In this document: positions 29,335 to 39,994 of the stretch, one piece after another | Layout of the letters: every line of letters begins with the position of its first letter | Position numbering within the stretch: the stretch's first letter is position 1 | Assembly (NCBI GenBank): GCA_025980335.1 | Contig: JAICXO010000001.1 | Span: 1-62,308, forward strand | Direction of reading: 5' to 3' | From: Sphingomonas sp. | GTDB taxonomy: Bacteria > Pseudomonadota > Alphaproteobacteria > Sphingomonadales > Sphingomonadaceae | DNA length: 62,308 nt | Notes under the pieces: model-generated | What the model saw: the letters and a program-made list of their open reading frames with translations, nothing else | Databases searched by the model: none | What the model was told of the DNA's origin: nothing | Made by a program: the position numbers and the translations under genes

Positions 29335-29634
29335 ATGCTCGAGAACCAGAAGATTCGTCCGGCCCAAGTCATCGGACCGCTCGGCGAGCCGCTGACGCTC
29401 GATTCCCTTCCGCCCGTCAACACCACCCGCTGGGTCGTCCGCCGCAAGGCCGAGGTTGTCGCCGCCGTCGCCGGCGGGCTGCTGACGATCGATGAAGCGT
29501 GCAAGCGCTACACTCTGAGCCTCGAGGAATTCACCAGCTGGCAGCGCGCGGTCGACCGCAGCGGCATGCCCGGCCTTCGAGTCACGCGCATCAAGCAGTA
29601 CCGCGACCAGTACGAGAAACAGCAGCGCTACTGA
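29335..29634 (+). CDS. sciP: CtrA inhibitor SciP (DUF1153)
   Basis: VIGPLGEPLT, TTRWVVRRKAEVVAAV, YTLSLEEF, GLRVTR; divergent from mnmA. Confidence 0.93.
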   Translation: MLENQKIRPAQVIGPLGEPLTLDSLPPVNTTRWVVRRKAEVVAAVAGGLLTIDEACKRYTLSLEEFTSWQRAVDRSGMPGLRVTRIKQYRDQYEKQQRY

Positions 29635-29720
29635 GCCGCCGCAGCGTCGTTACGCTGCAGCATCCATCAAGCTTTCCTGCGGCGTTGCGGCCGAAAAGCT
29701 GGACACTTTCCTCCTCATCC

Positions 29721-29746
29721 GGAACAACCGTCGCGCATCACGCGTC
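29721..29746 (+). promoter_or_regulatory. EcfG-like promoter upstream of GlsB-family gene
   Basis: GGAAC-N17-CGTC. Confidence 0.4.
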
Positions 29747-29805
29747 TGTGGTGCCGGAACGGCCGGCGCGCGCTGCGGCGGCCGCAAAAACAGGAGGAAA
29801 AGCTC

Positions 29806-30057
29806 ATGGGTATTATCATCTGGCTGATTGTCGGTGGTATTTGCGGCTGGCTTGCCAGCCTGATCATGCGCACCGACGCCCAGCAGGGCATTATCCTCAA
29901 CATCGTCGTCGGAATCATCGGCGCGGTGATCGCCGGGCTGCTGTTCGGCGGCAGCATCAACAGCGGCATCACGATTGAGACGTTCCTTTACTCCCTGATC
30001 GGGGCGATCATCCTGCTCGCGATCGTCAACCTGATCCGGCGCGGGACGGTTCGGTAG
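29806..30057 (+). CDS. GlsB/YeaQ/YmgE family stress membrane protein
   Basis: IIIWLIVGGICGWLAS, NIVVGIIGA; AGGAGG RBS. Confidence 0.92.
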   Translation: MGIIIWLIVGGICGWLASLIMRTDAQQGIILNIVVGIIGAVIAGLLFGGSINSGITIETFLYSLIGAIILLAIVNLIRRGTVR

Positions 30058-30063
30058 TTTTCT

Positions 30064-30197
30064 CATCCTCCCCTCGATTTCGAGGGGAGGGGACCGCCGG
30101 AGGCGGTGGAGGGGTCTTCTTCTTCGCGTTTCGAGACCCCTCCGTCAGTCCCTCTGCGCGGGACGGCCACCTCCCCGAGAAAATCTCGGGGAGGATG
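30064..30197. repeat. Modular palindromic intergenic repeat
   Basis: Terminal inverted CATCCTCCCC/GGGGAGGATG with four internal hairpins; fills a convergent gap. Confidence 0.8.
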
Positions 30198-30201
30198 CAC
30201 C

Positions 30202-30924
30202 TCATTGCAGCTCGAACGTCATGGCCAGGCTGACCTGCAGTTTCTGTTCGCCCGGCTCGATCTTCGTATAGGCGCGCGATTGGGCCGCCATCATCGGGAC
30301 CGGCGGCGGCGCGGGCGGCGGGACGGCATAACCGCCGCTTTCGGAAATCGACACTACCCTCACCACGTGCAGGCCCAATGAGCGCGCATAGAGCTCGGCG
30401 CGCTGCCGGCCGATCGCGACCGCCTTGGCGCGCGCCTCGTCGAGTGCGGCTTCGGGCTGGTCGATGGTCAGGTTCGGGCCGTCGATCTGGTTGGCTCCCT
30501 GAGCGACCAGCGCATCGAGGATCTTGCCCGAATTGCGGATGTCGCGGAACCTGATCGTCACCTGGTTCGACGCCGTGTAGCCGGTCAGCTGCGGCGCCTG
30601 GTTGTCGGGATAGCGATATTCGGCGTTGAGGTTGACGCTGCTGGTCTGGATGTCGCGGTCCTCGACGCCCGCGCGCTTGAGCGCCGCGACGACCTTGCTC
30701 ATCTTGTCGGCCGTCTCCTGCAGCGCAGCGCCGGCAGTCGCTGAACGAGCCACCACGCCCGCTGTGATGATGGCGACGTCGGGCACCCGCGTGACTTCGC
30801 CCGTGGCGTTGATGTCGAGGCGGGTTCCGGTGATCGTCTGCGTAATCGACGCCTGCTGCGCCACTGCGGGCACGGGCGAAGCCACGGCCGCAAGCATCAG
30901 CGTGGCGAAAAGCATGGATTTCAT
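30202..30924 (-). CDS. SIMPL (DUF541) domain protein
   Basis: GEVTRVPDVA, DIQTS, GYTASNQV, GANQIDGP, IEPGEQ. Confidence 0.92.
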   Translation of the reverse strand: MKSMLFATLMLAAVASPVPAVAQQASITQTITGTRLDINATGEVTRVPDVAIITAGVVARSATAGAALQETADKMSKVVAALKRAGVEDRDIQTSSVNLNAEYRYPDNQAPQLTGYTASNQVTIRFRDIRNSGKILDALVAQGANQIDGPNLTIDQPEAALDEARAKAVAIGRQRAELYARSLGLHVVRVVSISESGGYAVPPPAPPPVPMMAAQSRAYTKIEPGEQKLQVSLAMTFELQ

Positions 30925-31005
30925 CTACATCTCCGGCAGGCGTTCGGTACCAGCGCGCAACGTTCGGCGATGCGCAATGGCTGTTCCCTGAACGGCTGTT
31001 CGGCG

Positions 31006-31266
31006 CTAGCGCCGGCGGCTGGCGACGAGGCGATAGATGAGGAGCAGGATGAACGCCCCGACGATCGCCGCGATGAAGCCGGCGCCCTCGCCCGTTTTGT
31101 ACCAGCCGATGACATGGCCGAGCCATCCGGCGATGAGTGCCCCGGCAATGCCCAGAAGGATGGTGATGATGCACCCGCCCGGGTCCTTGCCCGGCATCAG
31201 CAGCTTGGCGATTGCACCGGCGATTCCACCGATCACGATCCAGGCGATGATTCCGTAATGTTCCAT
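31006..31266 (-). CDS. GlsB/YeaQ/YmgE family stress membrane protein
   Basis: IAGAIAKLLMPGKDPGG, TILLGIAGA. Confidence 0.92.
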   Translation of the reverse strand: MEHYGIIAWIVIGGIAGAIAKLLMPGKDPGGCIITILLGIAGALIAGWLGHVIGWYKTGEGAGFIAAIVGAFILLLIYRLVASRRR

Positions 31267-31477
31267 CCCGCTTCCCCTCGTTTTCCTGTGTCGTTCAACC
31301 GACCTTCAGATGCGGTGGGGCAACGCGCGCTTGCCAAACAAGTGCCACGCTTGGTCGAAAACCAGTGGCAGCGGGGGACTTGGCGCGGTCTGTTGCACAT
31401 GGTGACTTATTAAGGTAATACAGTTGCCGGCTAACGGGCGCGGATTCGCGCATATGGGGCAAATTAGGCAGGACACG

Positions 31478-32659
31478 ATGAATCGCGAGACCGGTTTCCA
31501 CTCATCCGACACGCTCGTCGTCGTCGATCGCTCACGCCAGCGTCGGCGCCTGCTGATCGTCGGCGCGCTCGCTGTCGTTGCATTGCTGGTGATCGGATTC
31601 GCCGTCCTCGGCGGCCGCGGCCAGAAAGCGGCGCCGGGTGATGCCGCCGCTTCCTCCGCCGGTCAGATTCCCACCGTCACCGTGGTCGTTCCGGGTCGCA
31701 GCCAGGTCGGGCGGGTGATCACTGCGAGCGGTCCGCTCGCGGCAAAGCGTGACCAGCCGATCGGAATCGCCGGCCAGGGCGGCCGCGTCATTCGCGTGCT
31801 CGTCGATGCAGGCCAATGGGTACACGCGGGTCAGGTGCTCGCGGTCGTCGACCGGTCGGTCCAGACTCAGCAGGCCGATCAGCAAGCGGCGCAGATCGAA
31901 GCCGCCAAGGCGCAGGCCGAGCTTGCCCAGTCGGATTACGATCGGGCGCTTGCGCTCCAGAGCCGCGGCTTCATCTCGAAGGCCGACATCGACGCGAAGA
32001 AAGCCGCGCGCGACGCGGCGTACGCTCAGGTCAAGGTCAACGAGGCGCAGCTCGGCGCGACTCGGGCACAGATGAATCAGCTCAATGTCCTCGCTCCCGC
32101 TTCGGGCTTGATCCTCGCGCGCAACGTCGAGGTCGGGCAGATCGTAAGCCCCGGCTCGACCGCTCTGTTTCGGATGGCCGAAGGCGGGCAGATGGAGATG
32201 CAGGCGCAGCTTGCGCAGCAGGACCTCGCCTTCGTTCACGTCGGCATGCCGGCGCAGGTGACGCCAGTGGGTTCGAGCACGAGCTTCACCGGCACGGTGT
32301 GGCAGGTTGCGCCCGTCATCGACCCGCAGTCGCGACTCGGCAGCGTCCGGATCGCAATCCCCTACGCGCCCGCGATCAAGCCAGGCGGCTTCGCATCCGT
32401 GCGGATTACTGCGGGCGAAACGGCCGCGCCGCTGCTCCCGCAGAGCGCCGTGCTGAGCGACGACAAGGGCAACTACGTTTACGTCGTGAATGGCAACAAC
32501 CAGGTCGAGCGCCGCGACATCACGATCGGAAACGTGAGCGATGCCGGGGTGACCATCGCGACAGGCCTGACGGGCGACGAAGCCGTGGTGCTTTCGGCCG
32601 GACCGTTCCTGAATCCCGGGCAGAAGGTGAATCCGCGTCGCGAGGCAGCGCCTCGGTAA
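31478..32659 (+). CDS. RND efflux periplasmic adaptor (MFP)
   Basis: N-terminal TM, VLVDAGQWVHAGQVLA lipoyl motif, APASG, coiled hairpin. Confidence 0.92.
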   Translation: MNRETGFHSSDTLVVVDRSRQRRRLLIVGALAVVALLVIGFAVLGGRGQKAAPGDAAASSAGQIPTVTVVVPGRSQVGRVITASGPLAAKRDQPIGIAGQGGRVIRVLVDAGQWVHAGQVLAVVDRSVQTQQADQQAAQIEAAKAQAELAQSDYDRALALQSRGFISKADIDAKKAARDAAYAQVKVNEAQLGATRAQMNQLNVLAPASGLILARNVEVGQIVSPGSTALFRMAEGGQMEMQAQLAQQDLAFVHVGMPAQVTPVGSSTSFTGTVWQVAPVIDPQSRLGSVRIAIPYAPAIKPGGFASVRITAGETAAPLLPQSAVLSDDKGNYVYVVNGNNQVERRDITIGNVSDAGVTIATGLTGDEAVVLSAGPFLNPGQKVNPRREAAPR

Positions 32660-32682
32660 CGCGCCAGGAAAGCAACTAATCT

Positions 32683-35600
32683 ATGAATTTCCGGAACATC
32701 TCCTCCTGGTGCATCCGCAACCCGGTTGCTCCGATCGTGCTCTTTTGCGGGCTGATGCTCGCCGGCTTGATCGCGTTCGCGGGCATGCAGGTGAACAACA
32801 ATCCGGACATCGACTTTCCTGCCGCGAGCGTGACCGTGTCGCAGCCGGGTGCTGCGCCGAACGAAATGGAAACCCAGATCACGCAGCGGGTGGAATCCGC
32901 GATCCGCGGAGTGACCGGCGTCGATGAGATCGACAGCACCGTCACCGAAGGAACCAGTTCGACGTTCGTTCAATTCCAGATCGGCACTCCAACGGACCGC
33001 GCCGTCAATGATGTTCGAAACGCGGTCGCCCAGATCCGCGGCTCGCTGCCTGAAGGCATTCTGGAGCCGCAGATCACACGCATCGATATTGCCGGCGATC
33101 CGATCCTCTACGTCGGCGCCGAGACGAGCGACATGAGCCTGGAGGAGCTCAGTTGGTACATCGACAACACGATTGCCAAGCGTCTGCTGTCGGTGCCGGG
33201 CGTTGCCGCGGTGACGCGCACCGGCGGCGTCGACCGCACCATCCGCGTCGTGCTCGATCCTGCCGCACTTCAGGCGCAGGGCGTGACGGCGTCCGAGGTG
33301 AACCAGCAGCTCCGCGCCAGCAACATGAACGGCGCCGGCGGTCGTGCCGACATCGCCGGCTCCGAGCAGTCCGTGCGTGTGCTCGGGAATGCGCAGAACG
33401 CCTATCAGCTATCTCAAACTGAAATCGCCCTGCCGGGCGGCCGGTTCGTCAAGCTCGCGGACCTCGGACAGGTCAAGGACAGCTATTCGGAGCAGCGCAC
33501 GATCGCCAAGCAGGACGGACGCCAGGTCGTCAGCTTCGAGGTGCAGCGCGCGAAGGGCGCTTCGGAAGTCACCACCTATGACAAGGCGTGGGCGGAGCTC
33601 CAGAAGATTCAGAAGGAAAATCCGCGGGTCCACTATTCCGAGATCTTCAACACCGTCGACTACACCAAGGCGCAATACAAATCGGCGATGGAGGGGCTGG
33701 TCGAGGGCGCGATCCTGGCGGTCCTCGTCGTTCTGCTGTTTCTCCGCGACATTCGCGCAACCGGCATTTCCGCCCTGGCGATCCCGCTGTCGGCGATCCC
33801 CGCCTTTTTCTTCATGAACCTGATGGACATCACGCTGAACGGCCTCTCGATGCTCGCGATGAGCCTCGTCGCCGGCGTGCTGGTCGACGACGCCATCGTC
33901 GAGATCGAAAACATCGTCCGGCACATGCGGATGGGGAAGTCGGCGTACCAGGCCGCTCTCGATGCTGCGGACGAAATCGGTCTCGCAGTGCTCGCTACGA
34001 CCATGTCGATCGTGGCGGTCTTCCTTCCGGTCGCCTTGATGCCGGGCATCACCGGTCAGTTCTTCAAAGCATTCGGCTTCACCGTCGTGATTGCAGTGCT
34101 GATGAGTCTGCTCGTCGCGCGCATGATCACGCCGCTCATCGCCGCTTATTTCCTTCGCTCGCAGGGCAAGCAGCCGCACGCCGCGTGGAAATGGATGGAC
34201 ATCTATCTGAAGACGCTGAACTGGAGCCTGGATACAAGCAAGGCACACGCGTACCGGCAGGACCATCCGGGCTTCATTGGCCGCATCATGTCGGTTTTCC
34301 GCGATCACCGCATCTACATGGTCGGAGCGGGACTCGGCGCGCTGGCAATCAGCGGCGTGATGTTCGCGACCCTGCCGATGACCTTTCAGCCGGCGCAGAA
34401 CCTCGACTTCTCGCAGGTCAACGTGACGCTGCCTCCCGGCTCGACTCTCCAGGACACGGAAGCTGTCGAGGACCGCGTCTCGGCGATTCTCAAGCGCGAT
34501 CCCGATGTCGAGCACGTGTTCGAACGGATCAATGTCGGTGATGGTCATCTTAACGTCGTGCTGAAAAAGAATCGCACGCGCACGAGCACGCAATTCGAGC
34601 GCGACCATGCGCCCGATCTTTCGGCGATCCCCGACGCGCGCGTCAGCTTCCAAAGCCAGAATGGCGGCGGTCCGAGCGGGGACTCGCGCGACATCATGCT
34701 CTACCTCGGCGGAGACGACCCCGTGCAATTGAACACGGTCGCGGAGCGGATCGCCAAGGAAATGGCGACGATTCCGGGGCTGCGCGCACCACGAATTTCG
34801 GGCGACATGCCGCAGCCGGAAATCACCATCAAACCGCGGTTCAGTCTCGCTGCCGATCTCGGCGTCACCACGGCGGCGCTGAGCGACACGATCAGGATCG
34901 CGACCCTCGGCGAAATCGAGCAGAACAGCGCCAAGTTCTCGCTTTCGGACCGCCAGATCCCGATCACGGTATCGCTTTCCCAATATGCCCGTCGCGACCT
35001 TTCCACGATCGAGAACCTCCCCGTTCCGACTGTGAACGGCGGATCCGTCCCTCTGAAGGCGGTTGCCGATGTCGGCTTCGGTTCGGGTCCGACGACGATC
35101 CAGCGAACGAACCAGATTCGGCGCATCGCGGTGGGCGCCGATCTCGCGCCGGGGATGGTCACGGGTGACGTTTGGCCGAAGATCAATGCCTTGCCGACCG
35201 TGAAGAATCTGCCGGACGGCGTGCAGAAGCTGAACCTCGGCGACCAGAAATGGCAGGGAGAGCTGGTCTACTATTTCGCGATCGCGTTGATGTCGGGCGT
35301 CCTCCTCGTCTTTGCGGTGCTGGTGCTGCTCTACCGCCGTTTCCTCGCGCCGTTCGTCAACATGGGCTCACTGTTGCTGGCGCCGCTCGGAGCCACGATC
35401 GCGCTCCACATCGCCGGGCAACCGCTCTCGCTGCCGGTGTTCATCGGCATCCTCATGCTGTTCGGGATCGTCGCAAAGAACTCGATCCTCCTCGTCGACT
35501 TCGCCGTCGAGATGATGAATCACGGAATGGCGAAAGACGAAGCCATTCACGAGGCAGGGCACAAACGTGCACAGCCGATCGTCATGACCACCGTCGCGAT

Positions 35601-35832
35601 GGTCGCAGGCATGCTGCCGATCGCACTCTCGCTTTCCGGCGATGCGAGCTGGCGCGCTCCGATGGGCACGACCGTCATCGGCGGCCTCATCTTCTCGACG
35701 CTGCTGACGCTGCTGCTGGTGCCGGCTTACTTCTCGATTGCCATCTCGATCGAATCGCGGATCGGCCGGTTGTTCCACCGTTTCATCGGTGCCGAGGCGC
35801 ACGAGGGCGCCGCACCGGTCCCTGCGGAGTAG
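32683..35832 (+). CDS. RND efflux permease (AcrB/AcrD/AcrF family)
   Basis: GVLVDDAIVEIEN, GIVAKNSILLVD, RAQPIVMTT. Confidence 0.96.
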   Translation: MNFRNISSWCIRNPVAPIVLFCGLMLAGLIAFAGMQVNNNPDIDFPAASVTVSQPGAAPNEMETQITQRVESAIRGVTGVDEIDSTVTEGTSSTFVQFQIGTPTDRAVNDVRNAVAQIRGSLPEGILEPQITRIDIAGDPILYVGAETSDMSLEELSWYIDNTIAKRLLSVPGVAAVTRTGGVDRTIRVVLDPAALQAQGVTASEVNQQLRASNMNGAGGRADIAGSEQSVRVLGNAQNAYQLSQTEIALPGGRFVKLADLGQVKDSYSEQRTIAKQDGRQVVSFEVQRAKGASEVTTYDKAWAELQKIQKENPRVHYSEIFNTVDYTKAQYKSAMEGLVEGAILAVLVVLLFLRDIRATGISALAIPLSAIPAFFFMNLMDITLNGLSMLAMSLVAGVLVDDAIVEIENIVRHMRMGKSAYQAALDAADEIGLAVLATTMSIVAVFLPVALMPGITGQFFKAFGFTVVIAVLMSLLVARMITPLIAAYFLRSQGKQPHAAWKWMDIYLKTLNWSLDTSKAHAYRQDHPGFIGRIMSVFRDHRIYMVGAGLGALAISGVMFATLPMTFQPAQNLDFSQVNVTLPPGSTLQDTEAVEDRVSAILKRDPDVEHVFERINVGDGHLNVVLKKNRTRTSTQFERDHAPDLSAIPDARVSFQSQNGGGPSGDSRDIMLYLGGDDPVQLNTVAERIAKEMATIPGLRAPRISGDMPQPEITIKPRFSLAADLGVTTAALSDTIRIATLGEIEQNSAKFSLSDRQIPITVSLSQYARRDLSTIENLPVPTVNGGSVPLKAVADVGFGSGPTTIQRTNQIRRIAVGADLAPGMVTGDVWPKINALPTVKNLPDGVQKLNLGDQKWQGELVYYFAIALMSGVLLVFAVLVLLYRRFLAPFVNMGSLLLAPLGATIALHIAGQPLSLPVFIGILMLFGIVAKNSILLVDFAVEMMNHGMAKDEAIHEAGHKRAQPIVMTTVAMVAGMLPIALSLSGDASWRAPMGTTVIGGLIFSTLLTLLLVPAYFSIAISIESRIGRLFHRFIGAEAHEGAAPVPAE

Positions 35833-35877
35833 CAGCCTTCGCGTGAACCTCTCGCGATGCTCGGCTATTGAGCGGGC

Positions 35878-37140
35878 ATGCGAGTGACCAACGGCGCTCT
35901 GTCCCGCTTCAATCCCGCGCAGCCCGGTGCGCAGGGGATGAAGGTCGTCGCGACGGGATTGCTCGTGGTCATGGCGGTAATCTTCGCCGCCAGCCGGGCC
36001 TATCAGTCGACCTATCCGGCGCTCGCTTATGTGAAGTCGTTCGCGGAGGCGGCGATGGTCGGCGGACTTGCCGATTGGTTTGCCGTGACGGCGCTGTTCC
36101 GCCACCCGCTCGGCGTTCCCATCCCGCACACCGCCATCATCCCGCGCAACAAGGACCGCATCGGCGAAGCGCTCGCCAACTTCATCCGCGAGAATTTCCT
36201 CACCCCTTCCGTCGTCGCGCGGCGGATGCAGAAACTCGACGTCGCAGCCGCTGCCGGACGCTTCCTCCAGACTCCGGCGAGCGAGGGCACGCGCATCCGG
36301 GCCGGTGCGTCGCGCCTGATCGCCGACATTTTCGAAAGCCTCGACGACGAGCGGCTGGGCGGAATCGTCAAAGGCGCGATCAGCGCGCGGCTGCGCACCA
36401 CCGAAGTTTCGCCGCTCCTCGGCCATGCGCTCGCCTCGGCGATCAACGACGAGCGCCACGTGCCGATGCTCGAGGCGGCGATCCGCTGGACCGCGCGCGC
36501 GCTCGACGCGAACGAGCCGCTCATCCGCGACATGGTCCACAAGAAGGCCAATTGGGTCGTCAAGCTCGCGGGGCTCGACGAAAAGCTCGCCGACGCAATC
36601 ATCGACGGGTTGCGCAAGCTCACGGTCGAGATGTCGACCGACCCCGCGCACCCCGTCCGCATCAAGGTCGAGGAAGCGCTCGCGCAGCTCGCCAACGACC
36701 TCCAGACCCGGCCCGAGACTCGCGAGAAGGTGGAAGCGATCAAGGACCAGCTGCTCGACAACCGCTCGGTCAGCCTGTGGCTCGACACCATCTGGCAGAA
36801 GGGCCGCGAAGCGGTGATCCGCGCCGCGCGAAACCCCGACGCAGTGCTCGCCGGCAAGCTCGGCGAGGTACTGAAGTCGATGGGCGGAACGCTCGAGAAG
36901 GACCCGCGCATCCGGGCGGCGATCAACCAGTTCGCGCGCCGTGCGGTCGTCGGCATGGTCGCGAGCTACGGCGGATCGATCGTCAAACTGGTCTCCGAAA
37001 CCATTCGCGGCTGGGACGCGCGAACCGTCACTGCGCGGCTTGAATCCGCGGTCGGCCGCGACCTCCAGTATATCAGGATCAACGGCACCATCGTCGGCGG
37101 GCTGGTCGGGCTGATCCTGCACGTGCTGGATGCGCTGTGA
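35878..37140 (+). CDS. DUF445 membrane protein
   Basis: GGLADWFAVTALFRHP, PHTAIIP, DLQYIRINGTIVGG. Confidence 0.93.
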   Translation: MRVTNGALSRFNPAQPGAQGMKVVATGLLVVMAVIFAASRAYQSTYPALAYVKSFAEAAMVGGLADWFAVTALFRHPLGVPIPHTAIIPRNKDRIGEALANFIRENFLTPSVVARRMQKLDVAAAAGRFLQTPASEGTRIRAGASRLIADIFESLDDERLGGIVKGAISARLRTTEVSPLLGHALASAINDERHVPMLEAAIRWTARALDANEPLIRDMVHKKANWVVKLAGLDEKLADAIIDGLRKLTVEMSTDPAHPVRIKVEEALAQLANDLQTRPETREKVEAIKDQLLDNRSVSLWLDTIWQKGREAVIRAARNPDAVLAGKLGEVLKSMGGTLEKDPRIRAAINQFARRAVVGMVASYGGSIVKLVSETIRGWDARTVTARLESAVGRDLQYIRINGTIVGGLVGLILHVLDAL

Positions 37141-37889
37141 GCGAGGGGCTCGACGAACTTGCCGAGGCGGCACGCAACCGCGGTCTCAAGCTCGTCCGCT
37201 CCCGCGTCAGGACCCCGACCAAGCGGCGGTTCGGCAAGGTAGGGCTGACCGACAAGAGCGGGAAGCCGGTGTTCGGAATGGACGCCAAAGGTCCGGCAGC
37301 AAAGCCCGATGAGGTCCAGCAATATCTGCGCAAGCTCGACACGCAGGACTGGGGCGCATCGCTCGACGCCGCCGCGCCGCAGCGGAAGCGCAAGGCGAAG
37401 AAGCCGCCGCGCGAGCCGGCGAACGACCGCCGCCCTCCTCCTGCGCCGAAGCCGAAAGCCGCGCCGGAGCCGCAGATCCGCGACGCCAAACCTTCCGACG
37501 CGCCGCGCCTCGTCGAGCTCATCGGCGAGCTCGGTCAGGACATCGCGGAAGAGGCGGTGCGGAAGAACCTGTCCAGACTAAAGAAAGCGGGCGAGCTCCC
37601 GCTCGTCGCGACATTGGACAAGAGGGTCGTCGGGCTGATCGGCCGTCACATCATGGTGACGGTTCACCGGCCCAACCCGGTCGGCCGAATTCCGGTCCTC
37701 GTGGTCGCGAAAGAGGCGCGCGGCCGCGGTATCGGGCGAATGCTCGTCGAAAGCGTCGAGCAATGGTGCCGTGATCAGGGCTGCGAACTGATCGAAGTGA
37801 CGAGCAACGACCGGCTTGCCGAAGCCCACGCTTTCTATCGCCACATGGGCTACGAGCGCACCAGCATCAGGTTCGCGAAGAAACTCTGA
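37137..37889 (+). CDS. GNAT acetyltransferase with extra N-terminal domain
   Basis: RGRGIGRML, AHAFYRHMGY; about 75-aa N-domain and Pro/Lys linker. Confidence 0.85.
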   Translation: MSEGLDELAEAARNRGLKLVRSRVRTPTKRRFGKVGLTDKSGKPVFGMDAKGPAAKPDEVQQYLRKLDTQDWGASLDAAAPQRKRKAKKPPREPANDRRPPPAPKPKAAPEPQIRDAKPSDAPRLVELIGELGQDIAEEAVRKNLSRLKKAGELPLVATLDKRVVGLIGRHIMVTVHRPNPVGRIPVLVVAKEARGRGIGRMLVESVEQWCRDQGCELIEVTSNDRLAEAHAFYRHMGYERTSIRFAKKL

Positions 37890-38030
37890 GTTCCTCCCTG
37901 CGAGCGCAGCTCGTGGGGAGGGGAACCATGCGCCGCACGGTGGAGGGGTAACTGGAGGAGCGCACGACCCCTCCACCATTCAATCTTCGCTGAATGGTTC
38001 CCCTCCCCAGCCATGCGGCCGGGGAGGAAT
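37890..38030. repeat. Modular palindromic repeat, copy C
   Basis: TTCCTCCC[hp]GGGGAGGGGAACCAT[hp]GGTGGAGGGG...CCCCTCCACCAT[hp]ATGGTTCCCCTCCCC[hp]GGGGAGGAA. Confidence 0.9.
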
Positions 38031-39314
38031 TTAGCTCGAACTGCGCCGCTCGATTGTCGCGCCGACGGCGCTGAGCTTCTCTTCGAGGCGCTCGTAGCCA
38101 CGGTCGAGGTGATAGACCCGAAGCACCTCGGTCTCGCCTTCTGCCGCGAGCCCGGCGAGCACCAGGCTCATCGATGCGCGCAGGTCGGTGGCCATGACGC
38201 TGGCGCCGGTGAGACTGTCGACCCCGTGAACGATCGCCGAGCGGCCGTGGATATCGATGTCGGCGCCCATGCGCCGAAGCTCGGGCACGTGCATGTAGCG
38301 GTTCTCGAAGATCGTTTCCTCGAGGAAGCTGTCGCCCTCGGCGAGGCACAGCATCGCCATGAACTGCGCCTGCATGTCGGTGGCAAAGCCGGGGAACGGC
38401 GAGGTCGAAAGCGCGAGCGGCTTCAGTCCGCCGTCCGCACTGACCTTGATCCCGCGATTGTGGAACTCGACCATCAGCCCGGCTTGCGCGAGTGCGTTCA
38501 GCGTCGCCTTCATGTCCTCCGGACGCGCGCCGATCAGGTCGAGCGAGCCGCCGGTGATCCCGGCCGCGCAGGCATAGCTCCCCGCCTCGATGCGGTCGGG
38601 CATGACCTCATATTCGGTGCCGTGCAGCGCTTCGACGCCGTCGATCACCAGGTGCGACGAGCCGATGCCCTTGATCCTCGCGCCCATCGCCACGAGCAGG
38701 TTGCAGAGGTCGACGATCTCGGGCTCACGCGCGGCGTTGAACAATTGCGTGCGGCCGTTGGCGAGCACGGCCGCCATGACTGCATTCTCGGTCGCGCCGA
38801 CCGACACCACGGGAAAGCTGTAATCGCCGCCGCCGATTCGTCCCTTTGGCGCGCTCGCCTTCACATAGCCGGCGGTGAGCTCGATTTCGGCGCCCATGCA
38901 TTCGAGCGCCTTCAAGTGAAGATCGATCGGCCGGTCGCCGATCGCGCAGCCGCCGGGTAGCGACACCGTCGCCTCGCCCATCCGCGCGAGCATCGGCCCG
39001 AGGACCAGCACCGAGGCGCGCATCTTTCGGACCATGTCGTAGGGGGCGATGGTCGAGACGATCTCGTCCGCCTGGAGAGTCATCCGCCGCCCGATCTCGC
39101 CCTTCTTCACCCCCGCGACGTGGGTCGAGACGCCGAGCTGGTTGAGCAGGTGCGCGAAGGTGTCCACGTCCGCGAGCCGCGGCAGGTTCCTCAGCGTCAG
39201 CTTCTCGTCGGTGAGAAGTGCGCAAGGCATCAGCGCGAGCGCCGCATTCTTCGCCCCGCTGATCGGGATTTCGCCCTTCAGCGTCGCTCCACCCTTGATC
39301 CAGATGCTGTCCAT
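38031..39314 (-). CDS. murA: UDP-N-acetylglucosamine 1-carboxyvinyltransferase
   Basis: [47 protein letters not shown]. Confidence 0.98.
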   Translation of the reverse strand: MDSIWIKGGATLKGEIPISGAKNAALALMPCALLTDEKLTLRNLPRLADVDTFAHLLNQLGVSTHVAGVKKGEIGRRMTLQADEIVSTIAPYDMVRKMRASVLVLGPMLARMGEATVSLPGGCAIGDRPIDLHLKALECMGAEIELTAGYVKASAPKGRIGGGDYSFPVVSVGATENAVMAAVLANGRTQLFNAAREPEIVDLCNLLVAMGARIKGIGSSHLVIDGVEALHGTEYEVMPDRIEAGSYACAAGITGGSLDLIGARPEDMKATLNALAQAGLMVEFHNRGIKVSADGGLKPLALSTSPFPGFATDMQAQFMAMLCLAEGDSFLEETIFENRYMHVPELRRMGADIDIHGRSAIVHGVDSLTGASVMATDLRASMSLVLAGLAAEGETEVLRVYHLDRGYERLEEKLSAVGATIERRSSS

Positions 39315-39339
39315 TGCGGCGGGGGTTTAGCGGGGGAAT

Positions 39340-39490
39340 TTCCTCCCTGCCAGCGCAGCTGGTGGGGAGGGGAACCATCGAACGAAGATTCGATGGTGGA
39401 GGGGCCAATTGCACCGCCGCAAGACCCCTCCACCATGCAGTCTTCGCTGCATGGTTCCCCTCCCCATGAGCTGCGCTCATGGGGAGGAAC
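39340..39490. repeat. Modular palindromic repeat, copy D
   Basis: Same scaffold as 37890-38030. Confidence 0.9.
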
Positions 39491-39495
39491 TTAGG

Positions 39496-39849
39496 TCAAG
39501 CCTTCTCCAGCGTGCACTGGAGCGGGTGCTGGTTCTCGCGGGCGAAATCGATCACCTGGGTGACCTTCGTCTCGGCCACCTCGTAGGTGAATACGCCGCA
39601 AACGGCGACGCCCTGCTGATGAACCTGGAGCATCACCCGCGTCGCATCCTCGATTCCCATTGAGAAGAATTGCTGCAGAACCAGAACGACGAACTCCATC
39701 GGCGTATAATCGTCGTTGAGCATCAACACCTTGTAGTTCGACGGCTTCTTGGTCTTGGGTCGGGTGCGCGTCGCGACGCCGGTCTCGATATCGTCGAGGC
39801 CGTCGTCGTCTTCTGGGCCGGTCGCCATGCTGATCAGTCGTGAAATCAT
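39496..39849 (-). CDS. clpS: ClpAP adaptor ClpS
   Basis: [28 protein letters not shown]; alternative start at 39828. Confidence 0.96.
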   Translation of the reverse strand: MISRLISMATGPEDDDGLDDIETGVATRTRPKTKKPSNYKVLMLNDDYTPMEFVVLVLQQFFSMGIEDATRVMLQVHQQGVAVCGVFTYEVAETKVTQVIDFARENQHPLQCTLEKA

Positions 39850-39922
39850 CGGGCTCTAAAATATGGCAAGCTGCGAAAACGCGGCAAGCCGCTAGTTTGC
39901 GTCAGCGCAAAAAATTGGCGGC

Positions 39923-39960
39923 AAAAAAATTGGCGGCCGCTCCAACCGGGAGCGGCCGCC
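39923..39960 (-). terminator. Rho-independent terminator after phasin
   Basis: GGCGGCCGCTCC-5nt-GGAGCGGCCGCC then AATTTTTTT on minus strand. Confidence 0.8.
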
Positions 39961-39994
39961 ACAAGTCGTTGCCTGGACTTAGGAGGGGAGAGGG

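Noticed and set aside
39907-39935. Tandem GCAAAAAATTGGCG duplication
   Set aside because: Best explained as a slippage duplication of the terminator tail; no further structure
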